Part shown: positions 12,965 through 24,896 of the stretch, in pieces
How the letters are laid out: the number at the start of each line of letters is the position of its first letter
Numbering within the stretch: the first letter of the stretch is position 1
Assembly (NCBI GenBank): GCA_946401865.1
Contig: CAMIVO010000004.1
Span: 1 to 57,512, forward strand
Length of the DNA: 57,512 nucleotides
DNA from: an uncultured Clostridia bacterium
GTDB lineage: Bacteria > Bacillota > Clostridia > TANB77 > CAG-508
Direction: 5' to 3'
Made by a program: the position numbers and the translations under genes
Notes under the pieces: generated by a model
The model's database searches: none
The model's input: the letters and a program-made list of their open reading frames with translations, nothing else
What the model was told of the DNA's origin: nothing

Positions 12965-13639
12965 TTATTTTGTTACAGAGAAATAATAAAGTCCACAAAA
13001 ACATTGATTTATTTTAAAATGACTTGATTCCCAACCCTCTGTATATTTTTCATAAGCACTAAATGCCTCATCCCAAGTTTTATAATATCCATGTTCATTT
13101 GCTCCATCTCCTGCAATGTGAGTTTTTCCACCATCAACGCAATATATTTTTTCTTCTTGTTTAGGTGTAGTTTGTTGTACTTTTTTCTCCTGTTTTGGTG
13201 TTTCCTGTTTTACCTCTGCTACACTTTCCTTTGGTTTTTCTTGCTTTGATGTATTTTCACTTTTTTTTGCAGTATTTGAATTAGCTTTTGTATTAGTTTT
13301 TGTATTACTTTCTTGTTTTTTACTAGCATTTGAATTACTATTGCTTTCTACTTGAGTTGTTTCATTTTTTTGTTCTTGTTTTACTTTTTCGTCTTGCTCA
13401 CTTACTTTCGTTTCTTCTACTATTCCCTCTGCTATTTTTTCATCATTTATGATTTTTTCAATTTCCTGTTGATTTTTTTCTAGTCTTTCCTTTGATTCTT
13501 CTGACAAACTTGTATCAATTCTATTTGCTGTACCATTATCTCCCCATTTTTCATTTACCTTTTTCGTGTTGTTAAAACTAACTCCCATACCTGTTAATAA
13601 AATTATTGCTATAACTATTAATTTTCTCATAACATTCAC
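12965..13639 (-). CDS. Secreted or membrane-anchored low-complexity protein
   Basis: N-terminal hydrophobic segment, K/E/Q/N-rich linker, small Cys-containing C-terminal domain. Confidence 0.75.
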   Translation of the reverse strand: MNVMRKLIVIAIILLTGMGVSFNNTKKVNEKWGDNGTANRIDTSLSEESKERLEKNQQEIEKIINDEKIAEGIVEETKVSEQDEKVKQEQKNETTQVESNSNSNASKKQESNTKTNTKANSNTAKKSENTSKQEKPKESVAEVKQETPKQEKKVQQTTPKQEEKIYCVDGGKTHIAGDGANEHGYYKTWDEAFSAYEKYTEGWESSHFKINQCFCGLYYFSVTK

Positions 13640-14740
13640 TCTCCTTTGTCTTTATTTTAAATGCAAATCAAAATTCATGCAAATGTGTGATTATATAATA
13701 TTTAATATATTTATATATAATATTCCTTTTCAGTTAGTAAATAGCTAGTAATAAGGGGGTAGATTGTAAGGAGGGGGAAATAAAAAATCGTATATACATT
13801 TATTGTTGTATATACATTCTTTGTTATTTTGTATTATCTTTCATATTGTTTATTTTGCCATTGTAACTGATACTTTTGTAATAACTTTTCAATTACATTT
13901 TGCATTTGTTGCACAGTGTAACCTTTTGGAAAATAGTTCTTTACTTTGTCATAAGTAAATTTCACTTGTTCCTTTTGATTTGGTTTTTCTTCATCTAATA
14001 TATCTTGTATTTTTTCTTCTGTTAATGTTCCTTTTTCACTTTCTTCTCTTAATCTTTTTGCTTGTGGTGTAGATGGTGTTGCAAGTGATGTTTCCATTGC
14101 TTCAAGTAACATATCTTGTTCATTTTTACTTAAATAAGATATTTCTATCGCAGGTGCTAAAGCCATTGTCATATTTTCTTTATCTCGCAGATAGTGATTA
14201 TCAACAAATTGTAATAATTCTGGGATTAGTTCTGTTAATCTTATATATCTTCTAACACTTTCTCTACTTTCTCCCATTTCATCAGCAATAACTTCAACTG
14301 ACAACTTCTGCACAGGTTGTGTAGAAGTTAAATCATTTCTTTTTCCTTGACTTTTTATAGCCTCTAACTTCATTTTGTATGCAAATGCTCTTTCACTTGG
14401 AAGTATTTGCTCTCTTTGTAAGTTACTATCTACCATTATAATTGTTGCCTCATCATCTGTTAAATTTCTGACTATACAAGGCAATTCCTCTATTTGTGCA
14501 AGTTCACAAGCCCTTTTTCTTCTATGTCCAGATACCATTTCATAAGTTCCATCTTCTTTTGGTCTAACTATTGCAGGTACTAGCACTCCGTGTTCTTTAA
14601 TACTTTCTACTGTTTCAAACATTTTCTCATCATCTCTTACTTTAAATGGGTGATTTGGAAAATTTGAAATTTCAGTAATTGAAATCTTTTGTACCTTTTC
14701 TAATTTTTGTGCATCTCTTTCTTCTTGACTTGTAAAAAAG

Positions 14741-15668
<928 letters not shown>

Positions 15669-15694
15669 TTAACTTTCATCAACTCGCCTTATGT

Positions 15695-16042
15695 TCAATC
15701 ATTATATGGTAATACATTTCTTGCCACATAATCTATATATGAATTTTCTGTATCATTAAATTTCTTTTCTTGTGAATAATAATCGCTATTTGTTGCTTCT
15801 TTTAAGTTTTTTTCTACTATATTATTTCTTTTTATTTCTTTTTTTTCTTTTCTCTTTTCTTTCCATCTTTCAATATCAATTTCTTCCAACATTAATTGTA
15901 AGCCTGTAACTTCATTTTTGTATCTTCTAATCTCTATCTTTTTCTTTCTTATATTAAGTTCCATTTCTTCAAGTTCTTTATTTGCAGAAAATATTTTTAA
16001 ATTTAATTCTCCAATTTGCTCGGATATTTCTTTTCTTTCCAT
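15695..16042 (-). CDS. Hypothetical coiled-coil protein
   Basis: 115 aa, K/E-rich, co-oriented. Confidence 0.65.
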   Translation of the reverse strand: MERKEISEQIGELNLKIFSANKELEEMELNIRKKKIEIRRYKNEVTGLQLMLEEIDIERWKEKRKEKKEIKRNNIVEKNLKEATNSDYYSQEKKFNDTENSYIDYVARNVLPYND

Positions 16043-16062
16043 ATATTATCACTTCCATTTCT

Positions 16063-16371
16063 TTATCTATAATCTCTATTATACTTTTTCTGTTTGTTCT
16101 TTCGTTCTTGTTCTCTCTTAAATTTAGCATAAATATCTGTTGCAATATCTCCGTTATATTCTTTATCTATTGAGATATTACCTTTTTCTAAAAACTCTTT
16201 TGATAATATAAAATTCCCACTATCTATGAAGTTATATCTTCCCTCTTTATCTTTTCCAACATACATTGCAGTTACTTGTATTTTTTTGTCTGCTATAATT
16301 GGAATATTAACTGTTAAAAAATCTCCTTGTTGTAAATTCTCTAAATATTTTATTGCATCTTCTCTTTCCAT
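16063..16371 (-). CDS. Hypothetical protein, first gene of the element arm
   Basis: 102 aa, AAGGAGG RBS. Confidence 0.7.
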   Translation of the reverse strand: MEREDAIKYLENLQQGDFLTVNIPIIADKKIQVTAMYVGKDKEGRYNFIDSGNFILSKEFLEKGNISIDKEYNGDIATDIYAKFKREQERKNKQKKYNRDYR

Positions 16372-16535
16372 TTTTATTCCTCCTTAAATTTTAATAATAA
16401 AAAAAGTGAATTGCTTTAATACAACTCACTTTCAAATATCTTTTCCACTATTTATTATTATATTGTGTATAAAACTGCAATAAGCAGACACCTTATAAGC
16501 ATTTTTTATAGCATTTTTTTATTTTGTCTCACTCT

Positions 16536-18330
16536 CTATAACCTTTGATATAACTGCATTTTATCAAACATATATACCTCTTTTTTTATCAACTTCCATA
16601 AGCATACACCTAGATGGTGTCCTCCTTCTCCTGTTGGATTATACAAAGTAACTAAAACAACTAATTGTGGATCATCAATTGGTGCAACTCCACAGAAAGA
16701 TGTAACATATTTTCCAGTATTAACTCCATCTTCTGAAGTTCCTGTTTTTCCCCCTATTCTAAATCCCTCTACTTTTGCATTTTTTCCTGTTCCTTCGCTT
16801 ACTACAGATTCCATCATACTAAGTACTTTTTCTGAAGTTTCTTTTGAAATTACTTCTCCTTTATTTTCTATTGGAAGTTCTGTCCTTTCTCCAGTTTTTG
16901 AATCAATTGTTGCTGTTACAATTCTAGGTCTAATTAAATTTCCTCCGTTACTTATAGCAGAAACTGCTGTTGCAAGCTGAATAGGAGTTATTTCAAATCT
17001 TTGCCCAAAGCTTATAGTTGCAAGCTCAACAGGTCCACATTTTTCTTGTTTTATAAAAATACTATTTGCTTCTCCGTGGCAAACTTACACCTGTTTTTGA
17101 AAGTAAACCGAATTTATTTAAATATTTAAAATATGTCTCTACTCCTAATTTTTGTCCTAGTCCTATAAAAACAGGATTACATGAATTCATTAGTCCTTCT
17201 CTTAAAGACTCAGAACCATGTGGTCTATAATATCTCCAGCATTTAATTCTAGCTCCTGCTACAGTTATAGACCCAGTACAGCAAAATTCACCAGCCTTAT
17301 CTGTATCTGTTATCCCCTCTTCTAAACTAGCAGATGCTGTAATTAATTTAAAAACAGAACCAGGTTCATATGTGTCTGAAATAGCTTTATTCCTCCACAT
17401 TGCTTGTAAAGCTTTTGTCTTTTCTTTTTGTTCTATGTTTTCCCAATTATTTCTCATTTCCTCATTATTAATTGTATATGGTTCATTTAAATTATAAGAA
17501 GGATATGTTGCCATTGCTAAGATATTTCCATTTTTAGGGTTCATAATTACTATATTTCCACCATCTGTACAGCTATTGTCAATACATGCTTCTTCCAAGT
17601 ATTTTTCAGCAATAGATTGAATTGTCATATCAATCGAAAGTACTAAAGATTTCCCATCAATTGGTGCAATATAGTTTTCTCCCTCTGTTCCAAGTTCTGC
17701 TCCTAATGCATTTGTTGCTTTTGTAATTGCCCCTTTAGTTCCTGCCAAAATATTATCATATTTTGCTTCTACTCCATCTATTCCTTGATTATCTCCTCCG
17801 CAAAACCCTATAACTTGTGAGGCTAAATTGCTATATGGATAATATCTTTTTGAATCTTCATCAATATTTATACCAGTATTTATATTGTTTTCAATCAACC
17901 ACTTTCTTAAAATATCTGCTTGTTCTTTATCAATCTTTTTTACTATAGTCTCTATTGAACTTATTTTTTTTACTTTTTTTATAACAGTTTCATAATCAAG
18001 ATTAAACAGCTCTGTTAATTTCTTAGCCACTTTTTCTTTATCTTCTGACAATATATTTGTTGGATTCACTGTTACTGTATATGCAGTTGAACTTTCAGCT
18101 AAAATATATTCTCCAGTTAAATCATAAATAGTTCCTCTTTTAGGATTAATTGATCTATGTTGAATTTGTTGTTCATATGCCATTTTTTTTAGTTCATTTC
18201 CATTTATAAATTGAATAACTCCTATTCTTATTGATAGCAATAAAAAAACACCGAAAGCTACAAACAACAAATTTTTCATTTTTTTTCTATTTTTTAAATT
18301 TATCTGCTCCATAAATGTTTCACTCCTCAC
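16536..18330 (-). CDS. spoVD: SpoVD/FtsI-type class B penicillin-binding protein; CGG +1 shift at 17076; C-terminus truncated at ~16613
   Basis: RGTIYD, RYYP, YEPGSVFK (SxxK), SCN (SxN). TTG CCA [C] GGA GAA gives TGVSLP-G-E and stays open through FGQ..ITPIQL and GGKTGT. The expected GGxxAAP and final helix are replaced by unrelated sequence. Confidence 0.85.
16590..16636. other. Putative hybrid attachment site at the element/PBP junction
   Basis: Dyad CAAC-N12-ACACC-tagat-GGTGT-N12-GTTG centred where PBP homology stops. Confidence 0.5.
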
Positions 18331-18495
18331 TTTACAATTAAATATAAATATTTTTAAAAGAATTAATTTATTATTGTAGGGATTAAAAAAAACGCCTCCA
18401 CTTATATATCTTATTGTGGAAACGTTTTATAAATAACCATTATTTTAATTTATTTTATATTTATTTACTTAAAAATACTATTTGTTTTCTATATT

Positions 18496-18972
18496 TTAAT
18501 ATATGGTTTTATCTTCTTTTTGCTTAAATTTATTAAATGCTTTTATAGTTTCATCTTTATCAATACATTCTAATTCTAATACATTTTTATCATTAGAGTT
18601 ATCTGCAAGTTTCTTTATATAACTATATATATAATCATCTCTAAAGCCAATATTTGCTGCATCTTCTTTTGTATTTCCGTAATATACTTTTTTTATGTTT
18701 GACCAAATTATTGCAGATAAACACATTGGACATGGGTAACAATTTGCATATAACTCACAACCACTTAAATCATATGAGTTAATATTTTTACATGCCTCTC
18801 TTATAGCAACTATTTCGGCATGTGCTGTTGGATCATTATTGCTTAATACATGATTTGAGCCTTTTCCTATTATTTTTCCATTTTTAACAATACATGCTCC
18901 AAATGGTCCACCAACATTGGTTTTTAAATTTTCTTCAGATAATTCTTTTGCAATTTTCATGTAATTATTCAT
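18496..18972 (-). CDS. guaD: Guanine/nucleoside deaminase (CDA fold)
   Basis: GGPFGA, DPTAHAE, PCPMC motifs. Confidence 0.85.
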   Translation of the reverse strand: MNNYMKIAKELSEENLKTNVGGPFGACIVKNGKIIGKGSNHVLSNNDPTAHAEIVAIREACKNINSYDLSGCELYANCYPCPMCLSAIIWSNIKKVYYGNTKEDAANIGFRDDYIYSYIKKLADNSNDKNVLELECIDKDETIKAFNKFKQKEDKTIY

Positions 18973-19008
18973 ATTTCTTCTCCTAATCTAGATTTTTTTT
19001 TGGGGAAT

Positions 19009-19278
19009 TTATCCAATGGCAATTATCATCTCTAAATTATAGTAATTAGTTGGTTTTGTAGAAAATTCGGAATTTCCGAATTTTCTCATAGTAAATTCTT
19101 CATTTAGTTCGCCTTCTTCATAAATATGTTTTATATGTTCATTTATTGTGGATTTTGCTTTATCAAATAATTTACTTATTTGTTCCTGTGTCATCCATAA
19201 ATCTTCATCTTCTAAATAAACTTCTACATCTATGCTGTTATCATCTGTAGTATAAATTATAATTTTGTCATTGCTCAA
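19009..19278 (-). pseudogene. N-terminal fragment of a RhuM-family protein
   Basis: LWMTQEQISKLF..STINEHIKHIYEEGEL..YYNLEMIIAIG, stopping where RhuM proteins continue (YRV...). Confidence 0.7.
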
Positions 19279-19296
19279 ATATTTGTCCTCCTTGCC

Positions 19297-19794
19297 TTAT
19301 TTATATTTTTCACAATCTTTTATTTTTTTTATTTCTTCAATTATACATGCTATATCATCATCATTAAGTGGTTTAAAGTCATCATAAAATCCACTTTTTC
19401 TATCTGGTAAATATGGAGCATCTGGGAATTTTTGTTTTTTCGCATCAATTGTTCTACCAAAAATGTGCTCATGATAGTATGGCTTTTTAATTTTTCCATT
19501 TTCATCTTTTTTCCATGCCCAATTACCTGCTTCAAAAAAGTTTATTCTCACTATATTTATATTTCTTTTTTTCATTGCTTCCTTATATGCCTTGCAAATC
19601 ATTTTACACAATTTATGTTGCTCTACTACTTCTTCTTCATTAAAATCCAAACGTGAATCATATCTATATTTATCTCCATTTGCTCTAATTATTAAATGTC
19701 CACCTTCTTCTCTTGATATAAATGGATGATTTGCTGCTACCACTATGAAATTTTCTGTTTCCCATATAACTTTTTTTCCGTCTATTATTTTCAT
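19297..19794 (-). CDS. HIT-like protein
   Basis: SREEGGHL, INFFEAGNW, degenerate YHEHIFGR histidine motif. Confidence 0.7.
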   Translation of the reverse strand: MKIIDGKKVIWETENFIVVAANHPFISREEGGHLIIRANGDKYRYDSRLDFNEEEVVEQHKLCKMICKAYKEAMKKRNINIVRINFFEAGNWAWKKDENGKIKKPYYHEHIFGRTIDAKKQKFPDAPYLPDRKSGFYDDFKPLNDDDIACIIEEIKKIKDCEKYK

Positions 19795-19865
19795 TTATGC
19801 TTTTTCTCCTAATCTTTTACTAAATTACTCTTTACTAATTTGGAAAAGAGAACCGTCCCCAAATT

Positions 19866-21455
19866 TCATTTAATTATTATTTCAAGTGCTTCTTGAATGG
19901 CAACATTCAAATTCTCTTTTTCTATTAAAATTCGTATAAAATTTCCAATAAAAATATCTTTCATTCCAACTTTTTGTATTTCCTCATAATTGGTTACATA
20001 TATTTTATTCATTTTTATTCCATCAAAATACTGAATTCCTTCTTTATCTGTAATTAAAATTAGGCGATTACCATATTGTTTTAAAATATCATCTTTTTTA
20101 TATTTATTACCAAAAATTTCATAAAATTCATATTCATCACATATCATCATATTAAATTTGTCAATTAATTTTTTATTATTAGGATCTATAATAATTGATA
20201 TTTCTTTAGGTCTGCTTGGTGTTACAATAATTGGAACTCTATTTAGATTGCAAATTTCTACTATTCTATTTAATGTTTTAATATCAATCTTTGTTTGACA
20301 AATTACATAAGCTGAGTTTTTAATTACATCTTCATTCTGACATATCATATCTTCTGTTATAGCATTTGCTGTTCCATTTAGGATATCTTGTTCATATATT
20401 TTTTCTCCAATTTCATTTTTAAAAACAAGCTTTATATCATTAGCTATATTGTTTGAAATATATATATATGAAGTATCTATATTGTATTTCTTTGCTTCTA
20501 TAATTAAACTATCTAATTCACTTTTCTTTAATCCCGATACTACAGTCATTAATTTGCAATTCAATCCACTTTTAGCACCAGCAATAGCTTGACTATATGC
20601 TTTTCCAGCTAAGTAAATGTTACTATTACTAAAAATACTATTATTTATCTCTATTACCTCTGTTGTATTTCCTATAAATAAAGCATACTTCATAGCATTT
20701 ACTAATTTAGAATGAATTTTACCATTAGAAACAAGCATAGTATCTATTTTTTGTCTCTCATTTCCTTGAATATTAGTAACTTTTCCTCCAGCTTCTATTA
20801 CTAAAAGCTTTCCTGCGGCTGAAGAAATGCCTGCACTTGCTTTTACATTTATACATCCATCTATCTTTCCTTCTGCACACCAAGCCAGTTCAATAGCTGT
20901 AGAAACTATTAGTCTAAGTCCTCTAACTTTTGATGCCAAACTTTTTTCTACTTCTAATACATCGTTAATTTTCTCTATATTATAATGAGAAGTAAGGCAA
21001 AATGATATAATACTATCTGAAAGTTCCGTTTTATTAGAAACATGAATTTTTTTATCATTGCAATAAGCACCTTTTCCTTTTATTGCATGATAAACAGTAT
21101 GGTTAGAATAATCATAGATAAAGCCAAAAATTGTTTCATCGTTTTTCTTTAAGGCAATGGATGTAGAAAACAAAGGAATTTCTGTTGAAAAATTAATTGT
21201 TCCATCTATCGGGTCAATAAACCATGTATATTCGCTTTCACCTATAATTTCATTTTTTTCTTCAGAATAAATAGCATGATTTGGAAAATTTTCTTTAATT
21301 TTATCTATTATTTTGTTTTCCATATATATGTCTATATCTGTAACAATATCATTCAATTCCTTTTTACGAATATTTTTTTCTAATTTTTGAGCTTCTTCAT
21401 AACTAGTTATAACAAGAGTTTCTAATTCTCTAATAAATTTGTTATCTATATTCAT
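19866..21455 (-). CDS. Inositol monophosphatase-family protein fused to a degenerate PfkB/ribokinase-like domain
   Basis: SEE, WFIDPIDGTINF in the N-terminal ~255 aa; C-terminal half has AGKAYSQAIA and VGMKDIFIG resembling PfkB signatures. Confidence 0.8.
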   Translation of the reverse strand: MNIDNKFIRELETLVITSYEEAQKLEKNIRKKELNDIVTDIDIYMENKIIDKIKENFPNHAIYSEEKNEIIGESEYTWFIDPIDGTINFSTEIPLFSTSIALKKNDETIFGFIYDYSNHTVYHAIKGKGAYCNDKKIHVSNKTELSDSIISFCLTSHYNIEKINDVLEVEKSLASKVRGLRLIVSTAIELAWCAEGKIDGCINVKASAGISSAAGKLLVIEAGGKVTNIQGNERQKIDTMLVSNGKIHSKLVNAMKYALFIGNTTEVIEINNSIFSNSNIYLAGKAYSQAIAGAKSGLNCKLMTVVSGLKKSELDSLIIEAKKYNIDTSYIYISNNIANDIKLVFKNEIGEKIYEQDILNGTANAITEDMICQNEDVIKNSAYVICQTKIDIKTLNRIVEICNLNRVPIIVTPSRPKEISIIIDPNNKKLIDKFNMMICDEYEFYEIFGNKYKKDDILKQYGNRLILITDKEGIQYFDGIKMNKIYVTNYEEIQKVGMKDIFIGNFIRILIEKENLNVAIQEALEIIIK

Positions 21456-21481
21456 TTCAGTCTCCTTTTACATAAACTATA

Positions 21482-21609
21482 TTATTCATTTTCATCTTCA
21501 TACCTAACTTCAATAGAATCTTTATCATCTCCAGCAGCTGCAACATAAGTTAAATATTCAGCTGCACTTGAACGAATTGATATTTCATTTTTTTGTTTTT
21601 ATTTTTCAA
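21482..21609 (-). pseudogene. Second RhuM-family N-terminal remnant (not in ORF track)
   Basis: RBS + TTG, a frameshift in an A7 run, then NEISIRSSAAEYLTYVAAAGDDKDSIEVRYEDENE*. Confidence 0.6.
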
Positions 21610-21651
21610 CTATAATCTCCTTTCTTTTATACGTATCTTTTACAATAAAAA

Positions 21652-21948
21652 TTATATTCTAATCAATCCTATTAAATCAAATCCTTTTTCATTAATATAC
21701 TTATTAATTTCTAAAATTTGTGTTTCACTAAGTTCGTTCAAAAATGGATGTTCTTTTAAATTTGTAAAGTGTTTGAAATAAATTACTTTTAATTTGCCAA
21801 ATGAAGAATCATATATAGAATTAATAAAATACTTATTAACCTCATTTGAAACTCTTGTAGTATAAATTATTTGATTATTATTAATTCTTCTAAGTAAACT
21901 TTCATGTTCTTCAATTGGGAAATCAATATATTCTTTCAATGTTGTCAT
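21652..21948 (-). CDS. Hypothetical protein
   Basis: 98 aa, AGGAG RBS. Confidence 0.65.
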   Translation of the reverse strand: MTTLKEYIDFPIEEHESLLRRINNNQIIYTTRVSNEVNKYFINSIYDSSFGKLKVIYFKHFTNLKEHPFLNELSETQILEINKYINEKGFDLIGLIRI

Positions 21949-22008
21949 AGCTAAAACTCCTTTTAAAATCTGTGTGCAATATTACAATTCCGCTTGCCTT
22001 ACTTCTTT

Positions 22009-22216
22009 AAATCTTTTGAATAGTAATACATATCTGTACAATGTAAATCTTCATCTATAATTTCTTCATCATAATTATCTATAAAATAGTTTTTTATTGT
22101 TTTCTCATATTTATCAAAACCTTGCTTAACATAGAATGGAATATTATTTTTTCCACTCAAATCCTTTTGGTAAACTTAATGCATCCTTCTTCTTTTTTAC
22201 ATATCTATCTTCCTCT
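22009..22216. repeat. Diverged direct copy of 24147..24354 (queH 3' end plus GNAT-like tail)
   Basis: Colinear ~208-bp match with scattered substitutions. Confidence 0.9.
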
Positions 22217-22411
22217 CAACTCTTCCTATTTAACTGCTAAAAGTTGTGTCCCCTGTCATTACTCCTTAAAAGTATTGGAATAACTGATGAAAAAGTCTAT
22301 TTCAATTCGCCAAAGTCACTGTTTTTAGCCATTCCTCAAAGTTTATGTTTTCCTTTATATATAAAGGTTTACTCGTTTTTGGGGCTAAAATATATACCCT
22401 CCTTTATTATA

Positions 22412-23425
22412 TCATTCATTTTGATTGTTTTCTTCAACAATATTTTTTATTTCTTTTAATTTATTTTCCAATAATTTTTTGTCAATTAATTTTAAAGTAT
22501 ACTGTGATACCATTGTTGGTGACATTGTTCTACTCATTGCGTATTCAACAACTTGCTCATCTTTACTTGCACATAATATTACTCCGACACTTGGATTTTC
22601 ACTTTCTTTTCTTTCTTGCCTATCAAGTGCCTCTAAGTAAAAATCCATTTTAGAAATATATTCTGGTTTGAATTTTCCTATTTTTAATTCAAAGGCTACT
22701 AAACAGCTTAATGTTCTATTATAAAATAATAAATCTATATAAAAATCTTCATTACCTACTTGTACTCTATATTCTTCTCCAACATAAGTAAAATCTTTTC
22801 CAATCTCTAATATAAAATCCTTCATATTTGAAATAATTGATTTCTTTAAATCCTTTTCAGAGTAATTATTAGGTAAATCTAAAAATTCCAGACTATACGT
22901 GTCTAATATTCTTGTATTGGGATAATCTTCTTCTCCTGTAGTTTTTGTAAGACTTTGATTTGCTTTGCCGTCTGATAACATATATCTTTGGAAATATCCA
23001 CTTGAAATTTGTCTATCAAGTTCTCTTTTAGAATAATTATTTTTTATACACATTCTTATATAAAACTCTTTTTCTTCTATAGAATTTGTAGCACCTAGAA
23101 TCATAACATTATGTGTCCAACTAATTTGTCTCACCAGTGGAGCGACAATTTCATTGTCTTTATATGTTTCATAGAATTGCTTCATTCTATATATTCCAGC
23201 TCTATTAAATCCTTTCATTGTCGGATATTCTCTTTTCATAAATTGGGCTAATTTGTCAACAATTTTATCTCCCCAATTACTATCATTTACCTTTTCGCTG
23301 ATATATTTTCCAAAATCCCAATATAATCCTATTAGTTCTTCGTTAACTTTCCTATATGCATTATTTCTCCTTGTTTCAATCATATTGACAATTTCACTAA
23401 AATTAGTATCTAAACTATTTTCCAA
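22412..23425 (-). CDS. YhcG/DUF1016 PD-(D/E)XK nuclease-domain protein
   Basis: VNEELIGLYWDFG, ISWTHN, YSLEFL, FILEIGKDF, IDLLFY, FELK; likely TTG start at 23425 after GGAGG. Confidence 0.9.
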   Translation of the reverse strand: MENSLDTNFSEIVNMIETRRNNAYRKVNEELIGLYWDFGKYISEKVNDSNWGDKIVDKLAQFMKREYPTMKGFNRAGIYRMKQFYETYKDNEIVAPLVRQISWTHNVMILGATNSIEEKEFYIRMCIKNNYSKRELDRQISSGYFQRYMLSDGKANQSLTKTTGEEDYPNTRILDTYSLEFLDLPNNYSEKDLKKSIISNMKDFILEIGKDFTYVGEEYRVQVGNEDFYIDLLFYNRTLSCLVAFELKIGKFKPEYISKMDFYLEALDRQERKESENPSVGVILCASKDEQVVEYAMSRTMSPTMVSQYTLKLIDKKLLENKLKEIKNIVEENNQNE

Positions 23426-23525
23426 TTTATTCCTCCATTTAATTTTTTTCAAATTTGTGCACAAATTGCACAAATTTATTACTATATCATAATTAAAATG
23501 AAAAAATTATATTTTCTTATTTATT

Positions 23526-24131
23526 TTAATTATTTTTAATTTTATTCAACAGCAAATTCAATTGCGAATTTTCCATATCCTTCAAATTATATTTCTTATT
23601 TAAAGAATTTGACACACTTATATTTTCTACATTATCTGTTGTATTATAAATACTTCCCATAATCCAATAATTAGTATTACTGTCTAATTCAACTTTAAAC
23701 GTATAATAATTATTCTCACTCTCTATTAATCTGCATTCTGTAACTTTACAACTCAATCCACTATTTTCCTCTATATATTTTTTCAGCTCATTAGCTTTTT
23801 CTAAATTTGTTATATTTAGTCTTAAATATTTTAAGTTTTCTTTTTCTAATGGCATATAGTCTAAATTTGCATATACATCAAATCCTTGTACAGATTTAAA
23901 TTTAAATACATAATGTTTTCCTGCATTTATTCCTAAATCCCCATTATCATAATAATCATAGTTCTCTATTTTTAAATTCATATTATATTTATCATTTAAG
24001 TATTGCTCTACCATAGATAAATCTTCATTATTGCTTAAGCTATTTTTATTAATTTTTATAACAATAAAAATTAATAATGCTATAATAATAAATATTATTA
24101 ACAATATAGATATCTTTTTATTAACTTTCAT
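23526..24131 (-). CDS. Membrane-anchored hypothetical protein
   Basis: N-terminal TM helix, 201 aa. Confidence 0.7.
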   Translation of the reverse strand: MKVNKKISILLIIFIIIALLIFIVIKINKNSLSNNEDLSMVEQYLNDKYNMNLKIENYDYYDNGDLGINAGKHYVFKFKSVQGFDVYANLDYMPLEKENLKYLRLNITNLEKANELKKYIEENSGLSCKVTECRLIESENNYYTFKVELDSNTNYWIMGSIYNTTDNVENISVSNSLNKKYNLKDMENSQLNLLLNKIKNN

Positions 24132-24281
24132 CTTTTTCTTTTCCTCAAATTCTTAGAATAGTAATACATATCAATACATTGTAAATCTCCATCTATAATT
24201 TCTTCATCATAATTATCTTCAAAGTAATTTTTAATTGTCTTTTCATATTTATCAAAGCCTTGCTTAACGTAGAATGGAATA

Positions 24282-24860
24282 TTATTTTTTCCACTCAAAT
24301 CCTTCTGGCAAGCTTAAAGCATCCTTCTTCTTTTTTACATATCTATCTTCCTCTGAAAATACGCATCCACAATATTTTTGCATATATAATCCTGCTTCTT
24401 TTGCCTTATCATGTCCTTCCCAAAAACCATATCGAAAATCCCTATACAAAAATTCTATTCCATACTCTTTGCTTAAATCTTCACATAGTTTTTTAATATA
24501 TTCATGTTTTTGATAAATACTATATAAAAGAGTTGTAGTTACTGCATCATATCCATTTTGTTTAGCATATTCAAATGTTTTTTTCATTCGAACAGGATAG
24601 CAATAATCTACACATCTTGAGTTTAAATTGTTTGCAACATTTTTGCAAAATTCATCTAGACCATATTCATCTTCAAATATAGCTTTAATATTAATTTTTT
24701 CAGCATATTCTTTTAAACAATCTCTTCTTGCTTCATATTCCTTATATGGATGAATATTTGGATTATACCAAAATAGTACAGGTTCTATATTTTCTTTTCT
24801 TAGTTCATCTATACAGTATACACTACATGGTGCACAACAAGTATGCATTAACAGTTTCAT
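24282..24860 (-). CDS. queH: Epoxyqueuosine reductase QueH (DUF208)
   Basis: LLMHTCCAPCS, YNPNIHP, RC..CY, YMQKYCGC. Confidence 0.93.
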   Translation of the reverse strand: MKLLMHTCCAPCSVYCIDELRKENIEPVLFWYNPNIHPYKEYEARRDCLKEYAEKINIKAIFEDEYGLDEFCKNVANNLNSRCVDYCYPVRMKKTFEYAKQNGYDAVTTTLLYSIYQKHEYIKKLCEDLSKEYGIEFLYRDFRYGFWEGHDKAKEAGLYMQKYCGCVFSEEDRYVKKKKDALSLPEGFEWKK

Positions 24861-24896
24861 TAAATTTCTCCTTCAATATTTATATTTTCCATAAAA

